From positions 22,134,001 through 22,198,000 of the forward strand of contig CM106586.1 in assembly GCA_048013815.1 (NCBI GenBank): 64,000 nt of DNA, read 5' to 3'. Both the position numbers and the translations under genes were made by a program. The notes under the pieces are model-generated. The model made no database searches and was not told the DNA's origin. It saw only the letters and a list, made by a program, of their open reading frames with translations. Shown one piece after another: positions 49,408 through 62,843 of this stretch; within the stretch, counting starts at the first letter, position 1; each line of letters begins with the position of its first letter. The stretch comes from Setoptus koraiensis (taxonomy: Eukaryota > Animalia > Arthropoda).

Positions 49408-52400
49408 GTGACAGTTGGCGCACCGCTCGCCTCATCGCTAGTCCGGCGATTATATGTCAACAATCACCTGCATGCAGCGAGCTTGCCGCCAGCAAGCGAG
49501 TCAGCCGACACAAGACACCACGTTTTATCGTTTAGCGCCACTACAGTGTCGACTCGCAAACTCGCCCCCTATCGCTCGCTACGCACAACAACAACCATCG
49601 CTGCCAGCAACATCATGCGCCAGTCACCCGGCCAACGACGCGCCCGACGACGTCGTTGTTGTCGGCCAGACGAGACAGCCTATTGGCCGCAACAGCCACA
49701 GCCAGTCGGCCGACTAACGAACCGGGATATAATTACTAAAATTATACTAACAAATATCACATATCCTCCTTTTATACTCCTCTTGCTCTCTCCACTTCCT
49801 CCATGTGCCCACCTGTGCCCAGACGTGCCCGCGAGTGCCCACGCGCGCCCAGACATGCCTGCAGTGCCCAGACATGCCCGCAGTGCCTAGACATACCCAA
49901 AAGTGCACACACGTACCCAAAAGTAAACACACATGCCGGGGTCTCGCCAATGTGCCGCGCCTCCCACGCTCTCCCTAGAAACTTCAGTAGCAAAATGACG
50001 AGGGACAGTACCGCTCGCCGCCTGCCGTGCCACACCCAGTTTCTGGCCTTGACTCGCCACGCCTCTGCTGTTGCTGCTCATCCGCTACAATTTAATTGCA
50101 GTGATCACGGTGTTCCCGTTACGTAACGGGTCGCACTGCGTGGCCGCAGTCATAAGGCCCGCTATAAAATCCGGGCCGGTCATGCTAGGCAGCATACGCA
50201 CGATGTGCGCATCGGGTACGTGCACCACGGCAGCTCCATGGGACGGCCCGACACGTAAAAGGGCGAGTGAGCGGGCAACATACAACGGAATACAACGGAA
50301 TATTTACTATATTTACGATGGCGCCGCGGACAAAACTGTGAAAAAGCCAGTCGCTTCAGCGGCTGGCTCAGCAACTTTGCAGCGCCAGCTCCCTCGGCTG
50401 TCCCAATTGGGCCGACTCGGCCCAACTCTGCCCACCTCCCGAGCTCTTTCGAGCTCTCCCCGGCTCTCCACAACTCCCCACAACTCCCCCAGCTCTGGCC
50501 GGCTCTGCACAACTCGCCCCAACCGGGCCCAACTGTCCGCAACTGTTCCCAAGTGTCGCCCGGGCCGGCGAGCGCCCGAGCAACTCTCTGTCTGGATCAT
50601 TGACCGCACAACCGGCCAGACCATCCTGTCTAGACATGCGGGCCCGCACAATGCGCGCGCCCAGCGCGACAATCCGACGCGACAGTGGACTGACCAGCCA
50701 GCCAGCCCGCCAGCCAGGAGTAGCGGTGCACGCATGCGCCCCCTGGCGCGCGACACCAGTGTCCCAGGAGGTGCCCGGGGCCTCGCTAATAATGGCACTT
50801 TAATTGCCACCAACTGTAGTTGTGCAACTGTCCGCCAGCGGTGAGTTTGACAGCGGTGAGCTCGCCAGCAGCAGCGGCAGCGGGCCAACCAGGCAGCGGT
50901 AATGAGCCAGCTGGTCCTCTGGTTGTTTGCGTCGACTTCACTGGGTGTCAGTGGGTCACATCGGGCCCGGTCTAGACAGTGTCTGTGTGGCGCTGGTGGG
51001 CACACGCCAGCGATAGCGATGTCTGGTCGGCGAGGGGGGGGGGCGACGCAAGCGCACTTACATAACAGTATATTATTATATTATTATATGGCACACGATC
51101 ACGCACGACAGGTGAGTGTGACTGGCGCGCGGTTCACGTGCAAAACGGGTGCTAACGCGCGCGCGGCCGCCGTTATCGGGGCGCCATCAGCCGCCAGCAG
51201 CCGCCAGCAGTGACAGCGCTTTGGGGGAGCCGCTGGATTGGTGCGCCAGTTTGGCGGCGACGGCGGCGGCCCCGATTTGGCCGGGTCCGGGCGGCCGCCG
51301 CCGCCGCCGCGGAGTCGGTGTGGGCCGTGGGCGAGCACGTTCATGTGCTCACAGATTAGGTGTATGTATGTTTACATATCGATCGATGGTGGCACCACCT
51401 CAGCGGGCGCAAGCGACAAACAAGAATCACGGCACACACACACATATCACCGCACAATGCGCTCGCGGCGGGCCCCATTTCGGCATGTCCGCCGACAAAG
51501 ACCCAGGCGCCCATTTGCTGTCTGGCGGCTTGTGCGGCGGGGGGGGGGAGGCGCTCGCGAGCGGCGGCGCCCGAAATGCTGAATATGGCACAACGTCGAC
51601 ACAAGCTCGGGCCAGAATTGGGGCCAATTGTGCTGTCTGGGGCGGCGGGCGGGGGGCCGCCAGCGACGGACACTGGCATGGCGTGCATTATGCGCCGCTC
51701 TGCGCGCTGGCCGGGCATAACAGGACACTTGCTATGCCCGGCCACACGGGCCCCTTATCACTGGCGGGCCCACGGTTATAACCGTTATAATAACGGAACA
51801 CACTTAGCCACGGTACGCTTGTTTGTGCGTTTGTTTGCGCACACACACACACACACACACACATCCCATATCCCCACATATCCACACATATCCAGGGGCC
51901 ACTAGAAGGGGGGCCCGTGTGCGTCGGCCGCGTCCCCAATTCCTGTCTGGGCGCAAACAAGGCAAACACGCGCCGGTTGGCTCGTTAGAATCGCATTAGT
52001 TGGCGGCCAACTAAAAGCACCGCCCGGCCAATATTATCCGGCGGCGTCACGGGCCGCGTTGTGCAGCTCGGACGGTTAACGGCGGCCTCGCGGTGCCATG
52101 GCATTAATCTCTGGGCACCGCCGGGCTGAGCCGCAACACAAGAGCGCCGGCCGCGCGGCGGCAATCTAATTGAGTTTATTGCCGCTCTGCTCCGTTGTGT
52201 GTCGGCCGCCGCGTCGACCCACCTTGGCGCCAGCCCCCCCCCGCCGGTTACGCTGGCTCCTCTGGCGGCGGCCCGCCAAACAACAGAGCGGCCGCTCGTC
52301 GCAAACTGGCGACAGCTTGTTTGCGTTGTCGCCCGTTTGCCGCAGTTGGCCAGCTGGCCAGCCAGTTAGCCCGAGTTGGGCCCGCGTTGTGTCTGCGTTA

Positions 52401-55400
52401 GGCCGGAGTTGGGCCGGAGTTGGCTGCAGTGCGGGCCGGAGTTTGGGGCACAGTTAGGTCGGAGTGTGGGCCGGAGCCTGTATGCGGCCCAGACCGCATA
52501 CAGGCAGCGGCACGGTGACACAAACAAATGGGCGCCAGCGCGCATCGTGCAATAGATACCGCGGCCCGGCGGCTCACCTGGTGGCCGGCTTACCTGTCAC
52601 AATGTTGCCGTTTAATTTGTCAGTGCACGATAACGTCCAGGCCGCTGTTCGGATGTGCCGCAAATTGTGACTCGCAACGGCCGCCGCTCCAATTTAGTCC
52701 AATTGGGTCCAATTGGGTCCAGTTGGGTCCAGTTGGGTCCGGTCGGGCCCAGCTCCGGCCCAGTTGGTCCGATTGCGCGTGCTGCCAACTGGGCGCCCGA
52801 CGGCACCGACCGGACCGACGTGCGGCCGCCGCCACGTTGGCGACAATCAACTTGATGGGCTCGCTGCGTTTGTGCGGGCTGCGTGCCGCCGGGCGCCCGC
52901 TCTCGCTCGGGCACAAATTAGATTAGATTGCGAGCGCACACACGCCACCCGACGAGCCTAGAACAAAGGCGGCCCTAGGTGTGACCCCCGATGGTCACCT
53001 GAATCTAGTCGATGCTCGGGCGGCTGTCGGCTGTCGACTGGCCGCCTGGCTGGCTGCTGTCGGGCCTTCCCCCCTCCCCAAGCCACAAGCCAGCCGACGG
53101 GCCCAAAAAGAGGGGGCGCCGCTGAATAATGGCCAGCGAAAATCATTTGCCGCTCCATTCATCATCGCGGGGCGGCCCAGATCGGCACTTGATTCGCGGG
53201 CGCTCGCACTCGATCTAGGGCGCCGCCATGACGCTGTCGTCGCCTGTTTACCCGCTCTGTTTACCTGGCTAGCTGCTTAGCGGCTCGCTTGTGACCGGCG
53301 CGCCAGCCAGGTCAGCTAAGCTCCACGGGCCCCCGGGTAAGCTCGACGGGCCGGACCAGGCCGACACGCAACGCGCGCTCGCCACGCAGCCCAGACATCC
53401 GACACCGATCAACGGCGGCGCCACTTTGCCTCTCGGCCATCAATAACGGCGCACTGCCCGACGTTCCGACCGGGCCTTTCCGGTGGCCCGTTTTTTTGCG
53501 AATGCGGCCGCCCGGGCCGCCCGCACTCATGCAATGTGCGTGGCGAGCGCGTTGTGCTCATTTGCAGCCAGATCGTGCCAGGCAATTATGTAACAGACCG
53601 TATTGATGCGCCACCTCGCGTCCAAGTAGCCTCACCATCGATGGTGTTCTATGGTGCTCTATCGAATGCGTTGCACTGTTGCGCTCTAACAGATGTGAAT
53701 GTTTTGCGCGAATCAAAACACACACACACACAAACATTTATCGAGGCGACACTCGGTTCACTGTGTTCACATTTGACAGCGCGACCCCGGCGCCCCTGGC
53801 GGCCACGCAACAAGACAGAGAAAGGAAACAAGCAAAAGGCAGTAAAGGTAATAAATAGTAATAATACAGCGGCACAGCGCCGTTGACAATCATGCCGGGC
53901 CAATATGCCGTCCGACAGGCCCGGGCCGGATTAATTTGCGACCAGAGAGGGGGCGCCAACTAATCAGCTAATGCGCTAATGTGTGTGTGTGTCTGTCAAG
54001 GCCGAGCGCCCGTGTGACGGTGATCACATGGCGCCCATATCTTATGCACGATGATCGATTATTGCTGTTATTACATGTTATTACTGCTGTTACCGGGCCG
54101 GGAGTTATCATTGCCGAATGAATATTATTGCGGATGGAAACTGATGAATGAAACTTGTGGGCGAACAGCAACAACCGACGGCAACAACGACAACCGACGG
54201 CAACAACGACAACAACATCAACATCAACAACCGACGGAGACGGCAACAGCAACAGCAGCGACAACAACAACCGACGGCAACAACAACAACCGACGGCGAC
54301 AACAACAACCGACGGAGACAACAGCGACAACGACAACAACTTGTAAAAAACGGTGGCCAGACAAGTGGCAGACGGGCGATAGTTGTCAGACAGACTGACA
54401 AGGCGGCACAGTTGCGAAACAGTTGCAATGATAACGTTGCAACAACCAGGCAAACAATAATCGATTGAATGTCAGCGAGTGTAACAACAATTTCGCTGCG
54501 GTGATTAATCTCGTTAATTATCTCTGTTTAAAGCGGCGGCGCAATCGCGTCAGTGAGACGCCCATTGCAGTTGCACTGTTTGTCAGCCGTCAGGTGACAG
54601 GCGACAGGTGACGGCAAAACTCGTTTGCGGGCGCCGGGGTGTGATGGCGCAATGGGCGCATCGAGCGGCAACCATTAGCAATTAGTGTGTCTAGACTCTA
54701 GACTCTAGACTACAAATAGACGGCGCGTTGCAACCGGCAAAATCCATGCAAACTTTGCAAAGTCCCACTGCCACACTGTCGGGTCATCCGGCTTCATTAG
54801 CAGCCTAATTAGCTCGTGTGTGTGTGTTGTTTTGGTCGGCTCGACGACTGGCGACTGGCGACCAAAATAAAATAAAAATCGCGCCAGTGCCAGTGCGATT
54901 TGCAGACGCCAGCCAGCGACGACGCTTGTCAGCCGCGCGCAAACAAACAAACAAACAAGCGGCGCGTCATATCATTTTAAGGCCCGCCGAGTCGGCCGAT
55001 AATGAATGGCTGTCGATGGGCTCATTATGCAATCAATTATTAATTATGCAATATCAAGCGCGCTCAACGGCGCACTTGTTCAGGGCTCGCGCTGTTTGGC
55101 AGTGGCACAGAGAGAGCGCGCGCGCACTTTGTTTGTTTGAACTTTTTTTAATTAATTACAATTATAATTTCAATTCTAATTTTAGTCTCCGTTCGCATTG
55201 CCAATCTAAATTTAATGTTAATTTCAATTTTAATAAAAAGTGCGCGCCAATCATTTCTCGCCAGTCGCGACACATCGCGCCCAATGGAGCACGTTGCAAC
55301 CACAACCGGCGCCGACACCCCGGCCCGACCGACGCCGCCCACAGGCGGCTGTTTTTGCTTACCGACGACAAGTGTCACTGTCAAACAGCTAACCTGTTGC

Positions 55401-55709
55401 GAGCAATTAACGGGCTCGGCGGGCGGCCGGGCCGGGCCGGCCGACACAACTAGCAACTAACAAGCGACAATGATGGTGAAAAATAGCAACAACAGCATGC
55501 GTTATGTAACAATCGATCCATTGGGCTCACGAGCGGCGACCATGAGCGACAATCATGATCGTCTCATCATGAGACTGTCGCTCAAGTCACTGGGTCTGAC
55601 ACAGTCTGGCGCTTTTTAAAAGTCACCGCTCGCCAATTCTGTCTCATTTTCGTCTAACTCGCTCGCTGTCTGACTCGCTCTCGTCGACTTGTGGGCGACA
55701 AATGCCAAC

Positions 55710-55837
55710 ATTGTTAAACTGCGAAATTGTTGAACTGCAAAATTGTTGGACTGCGAAATTGTTAAACTGCCAAATTGTTAAGCTGCCAAATTGTTAAACT
55801 GCGAAATTGTTAAACTGCGAAATTGTTAAACCGCAAA
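55710..55837. repeat. 16-bp tandem array ATTGTTAAACTGCGAA x8
   Basis: Units every 16 bp from 55710. Confidence 0.95.
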
Positions 55838-56084
55838 ATTGGGCATTGACGCGACGTCATTTGTCATTTTTCGTCGTCCTCTTATTTGCGACAACGTTTC
55901 GCACGCCAACCGCATGCGCCCGGCGAGTGCCTCGCGCGCCAAGCTTCAGAAAATATCTCAAATATCAGATCTCTGTTTGCTCTATGTCTGATATTTGGCG
56001 CAACATTCCGACGATCATCCGTTGTGACTCACAACTTGTGAGCCGCGCACTGCTCAAGATCGGTCCATTGTGCCCGCTGCGACC

Positions 56085-56188
56085 GAGCGGTCTCAACGGG
56101 TCGCAGCGAGTCTGTCGAGCGGTCTCAACGGGTCGCTGCGGGTCTGTCGAGCGGTCTCAACGGGTCGCTGCGGGTCTGTACAGACCCG
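56085..56188. repeat. 32-bp tandem repeat x3 ending in a perfect 18-bp palindrome (56171-56188)
   Basis: Unit GAGCGGTCTCAACGGGTCGCWGCGRGTCTGTC; terminal CGGGTCTGTACAGACCCG. Confidence 0.92.
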
Positions 56189-56593
56189 TACAGACCCGTA
56201 CAGTGCCGTCGACGGGTGCGCAAGGCTATCGACGGGTATGATCGGGCCGCGGTCGGGCCAGACAAATTGCGACCGAGCGACATCATTTCGCTGGCTGGTT
56301 GGCTGGCGCTGTCGCCCATGCCAACAGCTAACCCTGGCGTTCCGACGGGCCCTTTGCACCGCTGCAGCCCGTTACATAATTGTAATAGCAGTTATAATAG
56401 GCCCGCCAGTGTGTGCGTGTGTGTGTGTGTGTAATTGATTTAACTTGGCGCAAAGGTGTCGACACGCGTTAGCGAGGCCCAACCAACAGACAAAGGACTC
56501 TCGGCAGACTGACGCCCCCGCGATGTGCTCAATTCACCTGTGTACGGTATATCGTGGGTGTATGAGTGTGTGTGTGTGTGTGTGTGTATGTGA

Positions 56594-56629
56594 GGGGGAC
56601 GGGGCGCTGATGGGGGGCTGTTGGGGGGG
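56594..56629 (+). other. Canonical G-quadruplex-forming motif
   Basis: G5-AC-G4-CGCTGAT-G6-CTGTT-G7 fits G3+N1-7 x4. Confidence 0.6.
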
Positions 56630-59020
56630 CTGGCTGCGCCTGAACAATATAATTCTCGGTGTGTGTCTAATGACGCGCTCACATATTGTGCACGTATTGT
56701 CGTATTTCCACCACCACAAATGGAACCAGTGGGACCACCGAAACCAATTGGGGCCCGCCGAGACCTTTTTTCTGGCCGCTCTCCATCTGGCCCCCTATCT
56801 GGCCGCCTATCTGGCCGCCTATCTGGCCGCCTATCTGGCCCCTTCTATCTGGCTTTTTCTGTCTGGCGAGAGAGAGCGCGGCCGGCTAAATTTGCGCCAA
56901 ATCCAGTCATTATATGGCGGCCCGGCAAACCACAGCCACCGGGCCGCTTGCCGGGCCAGAAGATCGCGCGCATCGGCAACCCGATCCACGGCTCACCGAT
57001 CTGGCTTAACTGGCCGCCGCCGCCGGCCGACGGGCGCCTAAATATAGACACCGGCTCACCTATTGGCTGTTGGCTGCCGGGCGGACTTACGTAACTGACG
57101 GGCCGTCGGCCGCTCGCGAGTTAAGTGAGTCGTTGCAGTGTTGACAGTGTATTAAAAGGTTTGTTTTGGTTTCGTTTTCGGCGGTCGGCCTTATTATTAT
57201 TATTTTTATTATTTTGCCCGCTGTTTAGCGGCACCGAGAGGCCAGCCGCCAGCCAGCCGAGCAACTGGACAGCCACTCAGCGGCCGGCCGCCCAAATGAC
57301 CAACTAGCCGGCTGATTCATGGCTGATTCATGGCTGATTCGTGGCCGATACAAGCGGCCGCCGGGGCCCCAAACTCGCGCCGGGCTGCGGGCCGGCACGG
57401 GCGCAAAGCGCGTCGTCGATCAATCGCAAACAGTTAAACACAGCGCGAGAGGGAGAGATAATCACCGCAGTTAGCAAGGTTAGCCAGACAGCCAAGCACA
57501 CTTATAGCGGCTCAACCGATATAGCTCAACGCCCATATAGCACACCGATAAGCGACCGGGCGCGCACAAGATAAGTAGCTCGGTATTAAAATGGAGCGAG
57601 GGGAGCGATTTGGACGGCAAGTGGCTCACCGGGCTCGCCGCCAGCCGGGCCTGTCCGCAGCCCGCCCGCTCGCCCGCCCGCCAGCCCGGCCAGCCAATTT
57701 AAGGCGCCCCCTCCGTTCTCGGTGATCAGGTTGCCTTGAGGCTGTTCACTCGGGTGCGTGCGCGTGCAGTCCGTCACCAGCAGCCTATTTGTAGTGTGTG
57801 CGGGCCCCAATTCTCTCTCTATATCCGAGCGTCGCTGTGTGCCCGAGCGACGGCGCTCTTGTTAGCCACAAGGGCGCAATATATCGCTCTGAGCTATATT
57901 GACGGGGGCCCGCCGTTACCGTTCGTACCGCGCGCCCCTCGTTGTCGGTGGCCCCTTTGAGTCGTGCGGGCTAACGCTGAATATCTCTGGCCGGCGCCAG
58001 TTCGAGCGGCGCCAGTTCGGGCCGCGCCAGCGCGGATATTAACCAGCGGCTAATAGCCAGGCAGCGCCTGCTGATATTCAGGCTGCGACAGCCAGACTGC
58101 GCCATATTCAGACTGCGGCGATAAGTTTAGCTAGCGAGCGAGCGCGGTAAGTAGTTAGCGGCGCGACAATGAGGCCCGCGACCATTATGCCAGCGACCGG
58201 CTGGCTGAACTTTGATCCTGCACTGCTCAGTTTGGCGCATCATTTTGCTGGCGGGGCCGCACGCCGACCGACGCGAACCAGCCGCCGCGGCCTGCCCAGA
58301 CTGAGGCCCCAACCGAGCCCAAATCGAGCCCCAACCGAGCCCCAACCGAGCCAGACAAACATGGCGGGCCAGACAGTGCGACAACTGCCGGGACAGGTCG
58401 GCAAACAGACTGGCCCGCTCAGACGGATTGTTTGCGCCCGTCGGCATATGGGCCCGTTTGGGGCCGATCGGATGATGTGTGTGTGCCGTTGAGACCTAAT
58501 TTTGAGTCGCGCCTCGCAGGGCCGAGCCTGGCTCTGGAAATCGAGCCCGAGGTGCGAAATATCCGTGTGCCAGATTGCACAATTATTGCGCAATTGTTTT
58601 GTATTGCAGAATTGGGGCAGCTAGTTAAAATTATGGCTCTGGCATGGTGAAAGTTGGGCCAAAATAAATGCTTGCGGTCAATGTGCGCTGCCGAGACCAG
58701 ACGCAACAGACAGAGTTCAATTACAATTCATTGCAGAAATTAATTACGTTCCGAAGCGCCCTTCCGATCGGCCGGCCGCCCGGCCGCCCGCTGAATCAAT
58801 CAATATACAATGCAAATACACGGCATAGATTTGGGTGTAGGTGTTTATTGTGGCCCCAATGGCCGCGAGCCTGCTCAATCGGCGACGATCGTGTGGGCAG
58901 CGCAACGCTGACACACATACACGCACACCGACACGCACACCGACACACACACACACGACTGAGCCGTGTTTGTGTATGCGGTTCACGACGAACTGGCACG
59001 AGTTGGGCGAGCTGCCGAGG

Positions 59021-59090
59021 CTGCACGAGGCCGCACGAGGCCGCACGAGGCCGCACGAGGCCGCACGAGGCTGCACGGGGCTGCACGAGG
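59021..59090. repeat. 10-bp tandem array CYGCACGAGG x7
   Basis: Read directly from the sequence. Confidence 0.92.
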
Positions 59091-61121
59091 CGGGCCCCAC
59101 TTTGGCCACTTTGCGCGTATCGCAAACATTTGCGGGCCCCAACGCGAATGTGTGCGTGTGGGAGGCGCCCGGTGGCGCTGCCTGGGCCGGCCAATTGTGT
59201 GGCGGCGGCGGGAGAATTGGCTCGCGCACACATTGTCAGCGTTGGGGCCCAACTGGCAAACTCGCATTGTCAGCGTCGGGCGAATTGGGCCCACATAGTC
59301 CGCTCGCCTGATGGTGCGGGCCGTGCAGCGGCGCTGGCATCGTTAGTGTGTAGATTAGTTGTGTGTGTGCGCGTCTGAAACGAGCAAACGAGATTTGGCC
59401 GTTTTATCTGGTGGCCGGCAGAGCGGAGGCTGGCGGCGCCCTGGGCGCACCGCACCGCAGCCGCGCCAGACAGAGCGGCCAGTGGAGCGGGCGCCCACTG
59501 GGCCCGCTGGCCCGGCCAGACAGGCCAGACAGCTAGACAGCAGACTAGTGGGACAGATAGCCGAAATGGCGCGTGAACGGGCAACGGGCAGCCCGAACAA
59601 CTATTACATCACGGCCGGGCTGGTGCGGGCCAGCGGCGCGGGCCACACTTCACTTCACTTTGATCCGGCGGCGGCAACCTGGGCCCGTGCGTGTGCGTGT
59701 GTGTGTGTGCGGCAACGTGCCTCGCCGAGCGCGCCGACGGGCTTGGCGAGACACGTCTGGCCGCCAGCGGGCCCGTGTGCGTGGCGCTTGGCGCGTGCTG
59801 CGTGCCGGCCCGCGCCCGCGCCAACGCCAGATAGATGGTTATCTGTCGACTGTGACTCCGTCTAGTGGCCACCATGGGCGCCAGTCGGGCCGCTATGCTG
59901 GCGCTGCTGTCGGGCCATTTCGTTGGGGCCCATTGTCGCTGGCGGCCCGTTGTGTGGGGGCGGCTTGGCGTTAGCGCTGGCTGCGTTTAGTCATCACTCC
60001 GGCTAAACACTGCCTATGTCTGAAATTTGGCCGCCGCCGTCGCCGCCGCCACCGACGAGGCCACACTGTGAAATTGCCAGCCACAAGCGACAGAGTGCGT
60101 GCGTGTGCGTGTGTGTGTGCGGGGGGACGGGCGCCACGGACACACCGCCGCCTGATAGCCGGGCCCCCTGAGTAATGGGTCCCCTGTGTTTATCATGCCT
60201 TTCATTTATCGTGATCATTCAGCCAGATATTATCCCCCATTGCGCGCCCATTATTTGCCCTTTTCTTCGCCCTTTTCCTCTGGCTGGCTGGCTCGGGCGC
60301 CCCATTCGCCCGTCGCTCGCTGGCTCGCTTTGTGCGGCCCGTTGTGCGCCGTTCTGCTCTCGTGCCTGCCTTTGCCAGCGCCGCCGCTGCCGCCGCCGGC
60401 CCAAAGAGGCCCCCGAACCCCTGGCTGGCGCCGACACTGCTGAAGCGCTGGCTGGCTGGCGCCGACACTGCTGGAGCGCTGGCCGCGCGTCCCCGGGAGC
60501 GCGCCTCCCTCTGATTTATTAATCTATTCTATCGGCCGGCGGGCCCCCCTCGGATCGTGCTGGCTGGCTGGCGCACTTTGGGGCCAGGCCAGGCCGCCGG
60601 CAGCCAGCCCGCTTATTAGTAAAAGGCCTTGGACACACACGAGCGTCAGGAAAAGAGCGGGCCAGACAGGAAAGGAGACGTGCAGAGATCACTCGGCTGA
60701 CCAGACGCCAGGCCGGCCCGCGCCCGGCTGGCTTTGCGCGCCGGGCTCGCGCGGGCACAGCGGCCAGCGGCCCGGCGTTGGCTTTCGGTTGGGGCGCCCG
60801 CTTATTGGACTGCTGGCTATCTATTAGTCAGTTCGGGCCGTCAGCAATCTCATCCTGTGTGCGCTGCTCACACACACACACACGCACGCACACACTGTCG
60901 GTCGGTTGGTTGGTTGGCGGATAGCGGCGCAAACTCGCCCTCTCCCCCTCGCGGTGTCTCCCAACGAGCGCGCGCGCGGAGAGCGACTAATTGCGTTGGC
61001 AGGCAGGGGCGCCCGCCAGCGAGCGCCAACTACGTAATAGTGTGTCACACACAATATAGCGGCGGCGGCGGCCGCCGCCACGGGCCATCGCCGGATAAAG
61101 CGCCCGCGCGCCCACCGCCGG

Positions 61122-61135
61122 CCACTAGATGGCCC
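61122..61135 (+). promoter_or_regulatory. CTCF-like motif (CCACTAGATGGCCC)
   Basis: One mismatch to the CCASYAGRKGGCRS core; motif match only. Confidence 0.28.
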
Positions 61136-62677
61136 ACATTGGCCCGCGCCGCCGCCGCCGCCGCCAATGCACGCTGGCAATGCTAATACACGCGCGACAC
61201 ACGACAACAGCTCTATCTCAGCGCGACACAAGCGGCACCTATATAAGCTGGCCTGTCCAGTTTATCTCTGCTGCTGCTGCTGTCTAGACAGTGTCGAAAC
61301 AATTGGATATCGGTTGGCCGCGCGCGGATATTATTGGCTGGCGTTGTTGTTGATGTTGGCAGTTGCCGGCGCTGCTGCTGCTGCCGGTTGTCGGTTGTTG
61401 CCGTCGGTTGTCGGGCTGCTGGGGCCCCGGTGAGATTGTTGTAGTTGATGCTGGTGGCGAGTTTTTGCTGCCGCTGCTGCTGGCCCCCTTGGCCCTGTTG
61501 GGGCCCGCGAGCCCGGCAAGCTCGGCGCAGGCCGTGTAAGTGCCATCGAGCGTGCATTGGCAAGGCAAACATTTTTCGCATGCTTTATTACTCTTGCCGC
61601 TCTGTTCGCTTTATCCGACACACACACACACACAACAATGCCCAGAGGTCTCGCCAACTAATCAAGTGAGCAGCTTGCTGCTGGCTGCAGCTCCAATAGC
61701 CGGAATGCTGGCCATCAGCACCAGCATTCTGGTGGCGCGCACAACTCATTACTATTATTTCCTCTCGCTCCCTCTCTCTCTCTCGCCGCTCCTATTCCCC
61801 ACTGTTTGTCCTATCTCCCCCCATCTATCTATCTCCCTCTGTCTGTCTGTCTAGCTGGCCGGCTGCTAGCTGGCTGGCTGGCTGGCTAACGGTCCATTTC
61901 AACCAGATAGCCAGACAACAACCAAGGGGGCCCCTGTGCCGCTCGTTGTGATTGTGTGTGTGTGTGTGTAGGCGCCAGTTTCAGCCACCAATGTCCGCTC
62001 GTTTAACTCGCTCCATCTGTCCAACTGTCTATAAGTACCGGTACGTTTAAATGTTACGCAACATAGCGCGCACTTACACACACACACACACACTGTCTCG
62101 CATGCCCATGCCAACGACGCTCCTGGCGGCCAGGTTGCCCACTACTGCTAGAACACACTGCAAGCCAACTTTATCTGTAATGCAAGCGACATGTCGCTGT
62201 TGTGTGTGTCGCCAGAGCAATTCAGACAGCGCCGCATCACATAGCCAATACATCACAGATTGGGCCCACACACCGACTTGCTCTCTTGTTTCGCCCAGGC
62301 TCGCACTTCGGCCTTTATGCGCACAGGGGCGCCCTTTTGGGGCCCGCAGACAAATAAACGAGCAAGCCAGCGACCAACTACTGAGCCCGTTCTCGCTTTG
62401 CTCTCTTTTGTCTGCTGCAACCTGCAGCTCTATTGAGGTGTGAGAAGTGGCGCATAAAATAAAGTGCCCAAAAGTGACACTATTTATCTGGATCAGGGGC
62501 CACTCACGACAGACACACAGACAGAGGGATAGGTATACGAGAAGCAGGGGCAGCGAATAGCGAATAGTGAATAGTAAATGGTAAATAGTGACCTTATTCC
62601 GCGGGCCAACAACTGACTTGACAACAAGCTGCTCGGTGGCGCCATCTGACTACGTCAACAAGAGCTTCCATACGACT

Positions 62678-62830
62678 TGTTAGAAAACGATGTTCACTCT
62701 AGTGATATTATATTCAAGTGTGTTTTATTTAGTGAATGTTCGTAGCATTTATACTACGTGCAATAGTTTGGAACAGAAGTGAAACTGTAAGCACAGTGCA
62801 CAGTATTGTGAACATGAATGTCTCTCAACA
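62678..62830 (-). repeat. 3' LTR of the copia element (153 bp)
   Basis: Minus strand begins TGTTGAG directly after the PPT and ends CTAACA (TGTT/AACA inverted ends). TATAAA at 62753-62748 precedes AATAAA at 62729-62724. The 5' LTR partner is outside the window. Confidence 0.8.
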
Positions 62831-62843
62831 CCCTCTCTCATTC
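62831..62843 (-). other. Polypurine tract of the copia element
   Basis: GAATGAGAGAGGG abuts the LTR TG and contains the pol stop codon TGA. Confidence 0.8.

Noticed and set aside
2082-62443. Hundreds of 60-330 aa ORFs in the track outside the four recognised coding units (e.g. 10986-11855, 33408-34412, 35596-36510)
   Set aside because: They overlap in all six frames, are built from tandem repeats and stop-poor GC-rich DNA, often start at non-ATG codons, and contain no recognisable domain.
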